Assembly: GCA_963813225.1 (NCBI GenBank)
Contig: CAWEYB010000001.1
Span: forward strand, 1,408,362-1,472,361
Direction: 5' to 3'
DNA length: 64,000 nucleotides
DNA from: an uncultured Chloroflexia bacterium
GTDB lineage: Bacteria > Chloroflexota > Limnocylindria > Limnocylindrales > CSP1-4
The notes beneath the pieces were generated by a model. That model searched no databases, was not told the origin of the DNA, and saw only the letters and a list, made by a program, of their open reading frames with translations. Positions 18,831 through 28,610 of this stretch are shown here, in pieces. How positions within the stretch are numbered: position 1 is the first letter of the stretch; each line of letters starts with the position of its first letter. The translations under genes were made by a program, and so were the position numbers.

Positions 18831-21503
18831 CTACGCGCCCGCGGTCGGCGACGGGGCGGGGGCAGTGCCGTGCGGATGCGGCGGCTTCGGGTGCTTGTCC
18901 TTCACCGGCCGGTGGGGACCGTGATGCGTCGCCCTGCCCACGGACGAGGAGCACGAGCCGGCGATCGAGCCACCCCACGACGACTGGCCCCAGAAGTAGG
19001 CCGTCCGCGAGTCGTACTGCCCGAGCGTGCCGGGACCGCGTCGCGCGCGACGCATCCAGTCCGCGTCAGCCACGTCCCACGCGCTCGGCCCGAGCTCGGC
19101 CTTGACCAGGTCGACGCGATAGCCGCCGCAGGCCTGGCTGTAGAGCAGGCCGGGCGGATCGATCTGGTGCGCCGCCCCCGGCTGGGTGCCGGCGATGAAC
19201 AGGGCCGTCGTGCGCGCCCTGGTCCACGGTCCCGGCGCACCACCGGTCCACGCGTCGATGGTGGCGCGGACAAGACCCGGCGGCTGGTGGAACGCGGTCA
19301 CCGGCCAGCCGCTGGTGTAGTCGCGCACGAACGCGCGCCACAGGGGAGCGGCCGCGGTGAGCGACGTGGCAGGCGTCTTGGCTCGGGGGTTCGAGTGGTC
19401 GCTGTTGCCCATCCAGATGCCGACGACGAGACCCGGATGGTCGCCGTCGGCCGGCGGCGCCAGGTAGCCGTACGTCGCCAGGTCGCGCGCCTCGTTCGCC
19501 GTCCCGGTCTTGACCGCAGCCGGCCGATAGGCGCCGCCCTTGCCGTTGTGGAGCGCGAGCTTTGCCGCCCAGATCGGGTTCTGCTTCTTGTCGGTGTTGC
19601 CGGCCAGGATGTCGGTGACCTGGTAGGCGGCCTGCGGCGAGACGGCCTGCGTGCCGGTCGGATCCGGCGCCTTCCAGACGACCGAGCCGTCCGGACCCTT
19701 GATCTCGAGGATCATCTGCGGCGGCAGCCGGTCGCCACCGTTTGCCAGCCCGCCGTAGGCCGAGGTGAGGTCGAGCGGCCGCACCTCGACCGTCCCGATC
19801 GCGCCGGCAAGTCCGGCCTGCAGGTACGCCTGCCGGCCCCCGGTGAACCGGATGCCGAGTGCCTCGGCCGTCTTGTCGACCTGGCTGTTGCCGACCCGCT
19901 GGAGGGCCCGGATGGCCGGGATGTTGAGCGAGTACTGGAGGGCCTTGCGGACGAGGACCGGGCCGCGCTCGAGCTGGTCGGCGTCCCGCGGCACCCAGTC
20001 CTGCCGCGCATCGAACTTGGTCGTGACGTCGAGCAGCAGGCTGCCCGGCGTCAGCTTGTGGCTGTCGAACGCGCTGGCGTACAGGATCGGCTTCCACGCC
20101 GATCCCGGCTGCCGGGAACCATCGCCGGCGACGTCGAACTTGGGCTGGAACTTGGCGCTGGCGAGGTCGTCGCGGGCGTAGCCGGCGCTGCCGGCGTAGG
20201 CGAGGACGTCGCCGGTCGTGTAATCCATCGCGACCAGCGCGCCGTCGTGCAGGTCCTTCCCGCGCAGGGCACGGATCCACGGCAGGTCGCTCGCCGGGAT
20301 CTTGAGGCTCTTGAGCAGGGCGGCGCCCTTCGCCCGCGACAGGTTGGGTGCGATGGCGGCGGCGGCCAGCCACTTCTCGGCGAGCTGCTGCGCCTTCCAG
20401 TCGAGGGTCGTGATGACCGTGTAGCCCCCGGTCTCGACGGCGTTCGCGCCCTGGTCGCCGAGGATCCCGTCGAGCTGCGTCTTGACCTGCCAGGTGAACT
20501 GCGCGGCGCGCAGCGTCCGCGGCTGGTCGCCGGCGAGGATGACCGGCGTTGCGAGCTGCGCCTGCAGCTGGTTCGGCGACAGCGTGGTCCAGCGGGCGCC
20601 CGAGGCCAGGCCACCGAGGACCCAGTCCGCACGGACGACCGGCGGGCTGTTTGCCGGGACGACCAGCCGGCCCTTGCTGTCCTTCTTGGCGTAGCGGTAC
20701 GGGTCGAGGGTGGTCGGCGACTTCGGCAGGCCGGCCAGCAGGGCGGCCTGCATGGGCGTCAGCTTGGACAGGTCGCTGACGCCGAAGTAGACCTCGGCCG
20801 CGGCTGCGATCCCGTACGCGCCGTGGCCGTAGAAGATCTCGTTGAGATAGGCCGTGATGATCCGATCCTTGCCGAGCTCGCCCGGGAACGCGTCGGACAG
20901 GCGCATCGACTGGATGATCTCCTTGGCCTTGCGCAGGTAGACGTCGGCACCCGGCGCGGTCGCGTCCGACGGCAGCAGCCGGGCCCGGACGAGCTGCTGG
21001 GTGATGGTCGAGGCGCCACGCTCGCTGTCGCCATTGGCGTCCTGGGCCGCGGCAGCGGCGATGGCCGCCGCGTCGAACCCGCTGTTCTCCCAGAACGTGC
21101 GGTCCTCGGCGGTCGTCGTCGCATCGAGGACGAGCCGCGGGACCTCGTCGAAGGCCACCACCCGCCGGTCCTCGACGCCGAACTCCCCGAGCTTGACCTT
21201 GCCAGTCCGGTCATAGATCGTCGTCGGCTCGGCGAAGGTCAGGGTCTCGAGTCGGGCAGGGTCGGGCAGCCCGACCGACAGCACGCTGACGAGGGCGTTG
21301 AACACCAGCAGGGCCACGATCGCGCTGGCGACGGCTGTCGCTCCGATGCCGAGCACGATGAACATCACGATCCGGCTGAACCCGCCGCGCGGCGGCTGGC
21401 GCGCGGCGACGCGGCCCGCATACCGGAGGGCGTGGATGTGGCTGGCATCGCGCCCCACGGCCGAGCGACCGGCACGCACGGGCACGGTGTGGTCGGACCT
21501 CAT
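18831..21503 (-). CDS. class A penicillin-binding protein (transglycosylase + transpeptidase, PBP1A-type)
   Basis: Intact track ORF of 890 aa. There is an N-terminal TM helix. GT51 motifs: EDRTFWENSGFD, GASTITQQL. Transpeptidase motifs: SxxK in QPGSAWKP, and KTG in AVKTGTAN. Confidence 0.92.
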   Translation of the reverse strand: MRSDHTVPVRAGRSAVGRDASHIHALRYAGRVAARQPPRGGFSRIVMFIVLGIGATAVASAIVALLVFNALVSVLSVGLPDPARLETLTFAEPTTIYDRTGKVKLGEFGVEDRRVVAFDEVPRLVLDATTTAEDRTFWENSGFDAAAIAAAAAQDANGDSERGASTITQQLVRARLLPSDATAPGADVYLRKAKEIIQSMRLSDAFPGELGKDRIITAYLNEIFYGHGAYGIAAAAEVYFGVSDLSKLTPMQAALLAGLPKSPTTLDPYRYAKKDSKGRLVVPANSPPVVRADWVLGGLASGARWTTLSPNQLQAQLATPVILAGDQPRTLRAAQFTWQVKTQLDGILGDQGANAVETGGYTVITTLDWKAQQLAEKWLAAAAIAPNLSRAKGAALLKSLKIPASDLPWIRALRGKDLHDGALVAMDYTTGDVLAYAGSAGYARDDLASAKFQPKFDVAGDGSRQPGSAWKPILYASAFDSHKLTPGSLLLDVTTKFDARQDWVPRDADQLERGPVLVRKALQYSLNIPAIRALQRVGNSQVDKTAEALGIRFTGGRQAYLQAGLAGAIGTVEVRPLDLTSAYGGLANGGDRLPPQMILEIKGPDGSVVWKAPDPTGTQAVSPQAAYQVTDILAGNTDKKQNPIWAAKLALHNGKGGAYRPAAVKTGTANEARDLATYGYLAPPADGDHPGLVVGIWMGNSDHSNPRAKTPATSLTAAAPLWRAFVRDYTSGWPVTAFHQPPGLVRATIDAWTGGAPGPWTRARTTALFIAGTQPGAAHQIDPPGLLYSQACGGYRVDLVKAELGPSAWDVADADWMRRARRGPGTLGQYDSRTAYFWGQSSWGGSIAGSCSSSVGRATHHGPHRPVKDKHPKPPHPHGTAPAPSPTAGA

Positions 21504-21646
21504 GTCGTCATGGTCGGTCCCGATCCATCAAGCGCCGTATGGTAGGGATGACGGCCGTCTTGCAGTCTCGTGTCACGCAGCCGCGTGGCGCGTGCAACGG
21601 GCGTCGGGCCGACGATGACGGTCCAACCGGCACACGGAGGTCGTTC

Positions 21647-23885
21647 ATGTCCGTGCGGACCACCACGCGCACCATCCCGGCGCCGACCGCGACCATCGTC
21701 CCGGCCACGGACCTCGGCAACGTCGAGGTCGCCAAGGCGGGGAACCTCTACCTGCTGACCGACCAGCGCGGCGACATCCGGATCGATGGCCGCGGGCTCG
21801 GCCTGTACGACCTGGACACGCGGATCCTGTGCACCTCGATCCTGCGCCTCAACGGCTCGCCGCTGACGCTCCTGCGTGGACCACATCAGTCCGATGGCGC
21901 GGACATCATCCAGCTGACCAACCCCGAGCTGCGCCGCAACCCGGATGACAAGAGAGCGGTCGAATCGAGCCTCGCCCGACGCGACCTGAGTCTGACCAGG
22001 GCGCGCCACATCGATGGCGACCTGCGCGAGCTGGTCACCGTCGTCAACTACTCGGCCACCGTCGAGCACCTCGAGATCCAGCTCGGGATCGGCGTCGACA
22101 TGGCCGACATCTTCGAGGTCCGCGGCTACCCGCGGGCGGCGCGCGGGACCCTTCTGCCGATCGTGCTCGACGGTGACCGCGCCACGTTCGCCTATGACGG
22201 GGTCGACGGGTTGCGCCGGACGACGACCATCGTCGCCGGCGGTGCGACGCTCGAGCCGGTCGACGACGGCGAGACGTGGCCGGCGGCGACGGTCCTCGCG
22301 ACCTGGCGCCTGTCGCTCCAGCCGGGGGCCCGCCAGACGGTCGGCTGGCACGTATCGGCCAGCGTGGGTGACGATGGGACGCCTGCCCGGGCGCCGGCCG
22401 CGGCGCGTGGTGGAAAGGCCGCGTCGCCGGCGCGCATGCGGTCGTCCGAGGCGAACCGACCGACCGTTCGACGCCCCACGGATCCAGTCCGACCACGAGC
22501 TGCTCGACCGGACGCTGGTCCGCTCGCTGGCCGACCTGGCCACGCTCCGCAACGACGGCCCGGGTCCGGGCGAGTCGTATCTCGCGGCCGGCATCCCCTG
22601 GTTCGCGACGCTGTTCGGGCGCGACAGCCTGATCGCCTCGCTCGAGACCGTCGCGTTCATGCCGAGCCTCGCGATCGCGACGCTCGAGGTGCTGGCCAGG
22701 CTCCAGGCCACGCGCAACGACCCGTGGCACGACGCGGAGCCGGGCAAGATCCTCCACGAGATGCGGACCGGCGAGATGGCGCGGGCCGGCGAGACGCCGC
22801 ATGACGCCTACTACGGGAGCATCGATTCGACGCCGCTGTGGCTGATCCTGCTGGCCGAGACGCATGCCTGGACCGGCGACGACGCCCTCCTCGACCGGCT
22901 CTGGCCGAATGCGCTCGCGGCGCTCGGCTGGATCGAGGAGTCCGGCGACCTCGATGGCGACGGCTTCGTCGAATACCAGCGCCGCTCCAAGCTCGGCCTG
23001 CTCAACCAGGGCTGGAAGGACTCGGGCGACTCGGTCCGCCACCTCGACGGCCGGCCGGCGGTCGGACCGATCGCCCTGGCCGAGGTCCAGGGCTACGTCT
23101 TCGCCGCATACCGCTCGATGGCGCGCCTCGCCCGCCATCGCCGCGACCTGCCGCTGGCGGAACGGCTCGACGTTGCCGCCGTGAAGCTACAGAGCCAGTT
23201 CGAGGAGGCCTTCTGGCTACCCGATGCGCGCTTCTACGCGATGGCCCTCGACGGTGACAAGCGCCAGGTCGCGAGCATCACGTCGAACCCCGGCCAGGCG
23301 TTGTGGACCGGCATCGTCTCGGCGGAACGAGCGCCGATCGTGGCCGAGCGCCTGCTCGCGCCCGACATGTTCTCGGGCTGGGGGATCCGCACGTTCGCGG
23401 CCGGCCAGGCGGGCTACAACCCGGTCGGCTACCACACCGGGTCGATCTGGCCGCACGACAACGCCCTCATCGCGGCCGGTCTCAAGGCCAGCGGCGCGGC
23501 CGACAGCGCGAACCTGCTGGCCGGGCGGCTGATCGAATCGGCGCAGTGGTTCCCGGACCTGCGTCTGCCCGAGCTGTTCTGCGGCTTCGCGCGCGAGGAT
23601 GTCGGGGCGCCTGTGGCCTATCCGGTCGCGTGCTCGCCCCAGGCGTGGTCTGCGGCGGCCCCGTTCTACCTGCTCCACACGATGCTCGGGCTGAGGGCCA
23701 ACGCCTCGGCCCGACGGCTCGAGCTGCTCCGCCCCACGCTCCCCGAATGGCTCGGCAAGCTGACCATCACGGGACTGCCGGTCGGCGACGACTCGGTCGA
23801 CCTGCTCGTTCATCGCTGGCGCGGCCGGACGAGCGCGGAGCTGCTGGGCCGGCGCGGCTCGATCGAGGTCATCATCCACGTGTGA
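21647..23885 (+). pseudogene. amylo-alpha-1,6-glucosidase / glycogen-debranching-type protein (GDE_N_bis + GDE_C), one +1 frame break near 22450
   Basis: ATG 21647 (MSVRTTTRTIPAP...NLYLLTDQRGDI...) in the frame of track 21539..22804 runs to about 22440. The sense continues in the frame of track 22014..23885 (SDHELLDRTLVRSLADLATL...GIPWFATLFGRDSLI...GKILHEMR...GYHTGSIWPHDN...). Confidence 0.85.
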
Positions 23886-23902
23886 GTGATCGACCGGGGC
23901 GG

Positions 23903-25181
23903 TCAGCTCCCGGCGATCCGCAGGAGCTCGCCGTTTCCCAGGCTCGTGGCGTAGACCGAGCCGTCCTCGGCTTCGCCGATGGAGCTCACGCTTCGGCCCA
24001 TGTCCGTCACCAGGACCGGTTCGCGCCGCCCGTCGCCCGCGGGATCGATGACCCACAGGTGGTCCGAGCAGTCATCGCCGAACAGGTAGCCGCCGTCGAG
24101 CGAGCGGTCGGCCGGATGACGGACCACCACGCCGCCGATGACCGCGCAGCCCTGGTCATGGCCGTACTCGGCGACCGGCGGAGTCAGCCCGGTCTCGTCG
24201 CAGCCCTGTGGGCGGGTCGTAGCAGTGGAAGCCTTCGGTCCGGTTCCAGCCGAAGTCCAGCCCGCCGACACCGGCCCGCGCGACGTCGATCTCCTCCCAC
24301 GCGTCCTGGCCGACGTCACCGATCCACAGGTCGCCCGTCTGCCGGTCGAAGCGGAAGCGCCACGGGTTGCGCAGGCCGGAGAGCCAGATCTCGGGCTTGG
24401 CTCCGGCGGTCCCGACGAACGGGTTGTCCGCGGGGATCCCGTACGGAGCCCCGGCCGCCGCGCCGCCGTCGACGTCGATGCGCAGGATCTTGGCCAACAG
24501 GGTGTCGAGCCGCTGACCGTTGCCCTGGGGGTCGCCCTCGGAGCCGCCGTCGCCGAGCGCGATGTACAGGTCGCCGTCCGGTCCGAACCCGAGCCCACCG
24601 CCGTTGTGGTTGGCGAACGGCTGGTCCACGTGGAGCAGGATCGATTCGCTGTCTGGGTCGGCGACGTCCGGGTCGGTGGCGCTGACCCGGAAGGATGAGA
24701 CGACCGTGTTGCCGTCGCGGTCGGTGTAGTCGACGAAGAAGCGCGGGTCGGTGGGGTAATCCGGGTGGAAGGCGAGGCCGAGCAGCCCCCGCTCCCCACC
24801 GCTCGTGATCCGACCGCCGATGTCGAGGAACGGGCGCTCGACCAGCGCGCCGTCCCGCACGATCCGGATCTTCCCGCCCTGCTCGACGACGAACAGCCGC
24901 CCGCTCCCATCGCCCGCGTTCGCGACATCGACCGGCGCCGACAGACCGGTCACCGCGACCGACACCGTGACCTTGACCGCATGCGGGTCGAACGCGCCGG
25001 CGGCCGAGCCGGTCGGGGTCGAGGCACTGGCCGAAGCCGAGGTCGACGCGCGGGCGGTCGCCGCCGCGGGCGTCTCGATCGGTGGTGAGCCGGTGAGCGT
25101 CGGGAGCGTGGATGCCGTGGGCGAGCAGGCCGTCAGGCTCAGGATGACGACCACGAAGGCGGCGGCCCGCATCCGCGACAT
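23903..25181 (-). pseudogene. PQQ-dependent sugar (glucose/sorbosone) dehydrogenase lipoprotein, one +1 frame break near 24215
   Basis: Track 24156..25181 gives a lipoprotein signal (VVILSLTAC) and propeller motifs (GLLGLAFHPDY, HNGGGLGFGPDGDLYI, GLRNPWRFRFD, DVGQDAWEEID), ending at ...GWNRTEGFHCYD. The C-terminus (PQGCDETGLTPPVAEYGHDQGCAVIGG...LLRIAGS) is in the frame of track 23903..24928. Confidence 0.85.
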
Positions 25182-25260
25182 CGGCCGATGCTAGCCGGGA
25201 TCGCCATCGAGCGTCCCACGCGCTTCCGCGCTGCTACCCTGCGCTCGGGAAGGGGCCACG

Positions 25261-26841
25261 ATGCTCGATCGCCTGATCTCCGGAGCGGGGGCTCTCGCCG
25301 ACGCCGCCGACCGGTCGGTCCGCTCGATCGTGAGCGGCCCGCGCCGTGGGTTCGGAACGACCCGACCGGGCTCCGCCCTGGTGGCCGCGGTGCTGGTCGG
25401 CCTGGCCGCCCTGCTCGTGGCGGCCGGCATCGAGGCCACCGATCCGTCCATCCCGGTCCATCTCGCGGCTCACGACGTGGCGGTCGGGCGGACGCTGCCG
25501 GACCGGACGTACGCGACGATCAGCGGGGCGCTCGACACGATCTACGTCGAGACGTACGTCGACGCGAACGGCAACGACACCGAGGACAGCTCCGAAAGCG
25601 GTGTGGCGTGGTTCTACTGGCTGGTCGACCCGACCGACCGGACCGGGGTGACCATCCGATCGACGCGGCCTCCCGCGGAGGTCCTGACCTGGCAGGGACG
25701 CGGGATCGCACGTACCGACCCCGGCTATCTGACCGAGGACTACCCGGCCTTCCAGGATGAGGTGGACCACAGCGGGATCACGGTCGCTCCGGACACGCTC
25801 ATCGATGCGTCGGCGGGCGCAGCCGGGCCGGTGACGACCGTCGACCCCGGGGGCTCCATCCCGACGACCGGCCGGCCCGTCTCGCTGTCGGGATCTCGGC
25901 TGAGCGAGTACCTCGGCGTGTGCCCGGTCGACACGAACCACGACGGGGAGTGCGACGAGCTGGAGCAGAAGGCGTTCGAGATCATCGTCTACGACCGCGC
26001 GACCAAACGTGGGGTGCCCGTTCTCGTGCACGACCGGCCCGAATTCGTCGATGCGACGATGACCGGCCTGCTCCGCCGCGAGGAACGGACCGTCGATGAC
26101 GCGGAATCGGTCGATGGGTTCGACTTCGGCGCGCTCGACCTGCAGGTCTCCGACCGGTACGTCCTCGACGAGCCGTCCGGCGCGGGTGCGGCCCCGTTGG
26201 CGTTCGTGCTCGCCGCGGCGCTCGCCGCCGTAGCGCTCGTGATCGTCATCGGGCTGGCCGGGGGCTACCTCGTGTATCGCCGTTCAGCGGCCCTGCCGGC
26301 GGCTCAGACGACCCTGGCGGCCGGCGAGCGGATCCCTCTTCGAATCACGGGCGTGGTCGAGACCCCGACCGGCCGGCTCCATGTGCGAGAAGCGCCGGGC
26401 GGATTGGTTCGGTTCGTCCTTGGGCGTGAGATCGCGCCGGTGGCGCCCGAGATGCCCGAGGATCCGCACGCGGCCGACGCACCGGAGGTGCCCGAGAGCC
26501 CGGGCGTCGCCGACCCGTCCGACTCGCCCGGACCAGTCGATGCCGCCGAGCCACCGGACGGACCGTCGTCGATCCCGCCGCACACGCCGCCAGCCACGAC
26601 CGTCGTCATCGAGCGGACCGGCTATCCGCACGGTCTCGAGCTCGGTCGCGGTCAGCTGGCGGCGCTGTCGATCGGCGAGGTGATGCCATTGCGCGGTCCG
26701 CGGCCGGCGATCAGGGTCGAGGCGGTGACCGGTCCGCTCCTGCTGTCATTCGATACCGACGTGGAGCGCGACCGCGCCGCCGCCGAGCTGCTCGGCGAGG
26801 CCGGTCTCGGGCTCGATGGTCACCGCCCGATGGACAGCTGA
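25261..26841 (+). CDS. hypothetical two-TM membrane protein (526 aa), no recognised domain
   Basis: Intact track ORF with coding-like GC3 throughout. TM1 is ALVAAVLVGLAALLVAAGI. A loop of about 260 aa follows, containing CPVDTNHDGEC. TM2 is PLAFVLAAALAAVALVIVIGLAGGYLVY. The C-terminal part is about 180 aa and includes an acidic Pro-rich linker. Confidence 0.7.
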   Translation: MLDRLISGAGALADAADRSVRSIVSGPRRGFGTTRPGSALVAAVLVGLAALLVAAGIEATDPSIPVHLAAHDVAVGRTLPDRTYATISGALDTIYVETYVDANGNDTEDSSESGVAWFYWLVDPTDRTGVTIRSTRPPAEVLTWQGRGIARTDPGYLTEDYPAFQDEVDHSGITVAPDTLIDASAGAAGPVTTVDPGGSIPTTGRPVSLSGSRLSEYLGVCPVDTNHDGECDELEQKAFEIIVYDRATKRGVPVLVHDRPEFVDATMTGLLRREERTVDDAESVDGFDFGALDLQVSDRYVLDEPSGAGAAPLAFVLAAALAAVALVIVIGLAGGYLVYRRSAALPAAQTTLAAGERIPLRITGVVETPTGRLHVREAPGGLVRFVLGREIAPVAPEMPEDPHAADAPEVPESPGVADPSDSPGPVDAAEPPDGPSSIPPHTPPATTVVIERTGYPHGLELGRGQLAALSIGEVMPLRGPRPAIRVEAVTGPLLLSFDTDVERDRAAAELLGEAGLGLDGHRPMDS

Positions 26842-26852
26842 AGGGGAGCGTC

Positions 26853-27192
26853 ATGAACGCCTGGGAATCGACAGACCTGGTCGCTGCGCAGGGCGCCGCG
26901 GGCACGCGGTACCACGAGTTCCTGCGGGTCCCGGACCTGTCGGGCGGGATCTACGTGCTCGAGGCCGGCGCGATCGACCTTCAGTCGCCCCACACCGAGG
27001 ACGAGCTGTACTACGTGCTCGCCGGCCGCGGCCTGGTCACGGTCGGTGGGGAGGTCACGGCCGATCGTGCCCGGCTCGGTCATCTTCGTCGGCGCCACCG
27101 TGCCGCATCGCTTCCACGACATCGCCCAGCGGCTCGAGCTCCTCGTGGTCTTCGGCCCGGCCGAGGGCGATCGCGAGCGGCCCGCTGACTGA
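26853..27192 (+). pseudogene. small cupin-domain protein, one +1 frame break near 27058
   Basis: Track 26853..27188 is convincing up to ...YYVLAGRGLVTVGGEVT. The sense then continues one base downstream as PIVPGSVIFVGATVPHRFHDIAQRLELLVVFGPAEGDRERPAD-TGA (27190-27192). Confidence 0.7.
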
Positions 27193-27220
27193 GCGTCCGT
27201 CGGGAGCCGTGCCCGCGCGG

Positions 27221-27949
27221 TCAGGCGTCGCGGACCCGGGCGACCGCGTCGGTCAGCGCCAGGGCCAGCTCGGGCCCGCGTCCCGACTCGTCGTGCCGGA
27301 AGAAAACGTACACGTCGTCGCCCGCGGTCAGGAACGGCTCGAGCCGCGATGCCCAGGCGTCGATCTCCGCGCCGGTGTAGTCGTTCCGTCGGAGACGCAG
27401 GTACAGGAATGAGCCCGTTCGCCGGATGGTCGGGGGTTCGGCGTCCTCGGGCAGCTCGGTCGAGCACAGCGCGGCACCGACCCGGGCGAGCGCCTGGAAC
27501 GTCTCGTCGACGTGCCACGACGGATCCTGGAACTCGAGGGTGAGCGGCAGGTCGGACGGCCACGCACCGAGCAGACCGGCGAGCTTGGCGTCGTCCCGCT
27601 TCACGCCGTCGGGGACTCGGAACAGGATGGTCCCGAGCCGCTCCCCGAATGCACGGTACGGACCGGTCAGCCACGCGACGCTCTCGGCGGGGTCGACCTG
27701 GAGCGAGCGGAACGACCCGCCGCGCTGAGCCTTGACCGAGAAGCGGAAGTCGGGCGGCGTTGCGGCCACCCAGGCAGCGACCTTCGGTCCCGTCGGCGAT
27801 GCGTAGTAGGTGTTGTTCAGCTCGACGGCGTCGAGCCGACCGGCGTAGTGGGCGAGGTAACCGGACGCGCCCGTGCCATGCGGGTAGAAGCGCGGCACCC
27901 AGCCGGGGTAGGAGAACCCGCTCGTGCCGGCATACAGGCGGCCCGGCAC
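27221..27949 (-). CDS. DUF72 (UPF0759, YecE-like) domain protein
   Basis: Track ORF 27221..28021. In-frame GTG 27949 (VPGRLYAGTSGFSYPGW...) avoids overlap with the MarR gene, which ends at 27957. The family pattern GTSGFSY..W...FYP... and the C-terminal VYVFFRHDE are typical. Confidence 0.8.
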   Translation of the reverse strand: MPGRLYAGTSGFSYPGWVPRFYPHGTGASGYLAHYAGRLDAVELNNTYYASPTGPKVAAWVAATPPDFRFSVKAQRGGSFRSLQVDPAESVAWLTGPYRAFGERLGTILFRVPDGVKRDDAKLAGLLGAWPSDLPLTLEFQDPSWHVDETFQALARVGAALCSTELPEDAEPPTIRRTGSFLYLRLRRNDYTGAEIDAWASRLEPFLTAGDDVYVFFRHDESGRGPELALALTDAVARVRDA

Positions 27950-27956
27950 CGATCGG

Positions 27957-28499
27957 TCAGCGGTCGGCGGTCGAGCTCGGCGCCTCGGCCATCTCGGGGA
28001 CGCAGGCGGCTGCTTCGCCACGGCCCGGTCCAGCCTGCCGTGCGACGCCGGTCATCGCCCGCTCGAGCGTCTCGAGGTCGCCGGCATCGACGACTGCCAG
28101 GAAGTGCTCGCTGATCCCGCGCAGATGGGTCCGCGAGGCAGCGCGCAGGCGGGCGAGGCCGCGCTCGGTCAGGACCGCCTCGGCGCCACGGGCGTCGGCC
28201 AGGCAGGCGCTCCGCTCCACAAGGCCGTCGCTCACCAGGCGGTCGATCAGCCGCGTGACGCCGCTCTTGCTGAGGAGGACCTCCTCCGCCAGCTGGCCCA
28301 TCCGGATCCGGCGTTGCGGCGACTGGGCGATGGTCACAAGGGCGTCGTACTCGGCGAACGACACGTCGTGCTCGGCGCGCAGCTCCTCATCGAGACGGCG
28401 CGACACCCGTGCATGCGCGAGCAGGAACGCTCGCCACGGCGCAAGCCGAGGGTCGCGCGCCGTCAGCGGTCGCCGGGCGGTCGGTTCGTGGATGGCCAT
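27957..28499 (-). CDS. MarR family transcriptional regulator
   Basis: Track ORF 27957..28499. The winged-helix core is FAEYDALVTIAQSPQRRIRMGQLAEEVLLSKSGVTRLIDRLVSDGLVER. Confidence 0.85.
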   Translation of the reverse strand: MAIHEPTARRPLTARDPRLAPWRAFLLAHARVSRRLDEELRAEHDVSFAEYDALVTIAQSPQRRIRMGQLAEEVLLSKSGVTRLIDRLVSDGLVERSACLADARGAEAVLTERGLARLRAASRTHLRGISEHFLAVVDAGDLETLERAMTGVARQAGPGRGEAAACVPEMAEAPSSTADR

Positions 28500-28610
28500 C
28501 GCAACGATGCTAACACCTCGCGACGGGGAACGGGACCGATTTGTTGACGACGCAACGAGATAGAGACGTCGGCTGCGCGGTCACCGGCGGGCGTGCACGG
28601 TGCCCGTTCC

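Noticed and set aside
18870-21545. 891-aa plus-strand ORF opposite the first PBP gene
   Set aside because: It is a mirror-image ORF of a gene with clear GT51/transpeptidase motifs. The composition is dominated by R, G, D and V with no motifs. It is a high-GC artefact.
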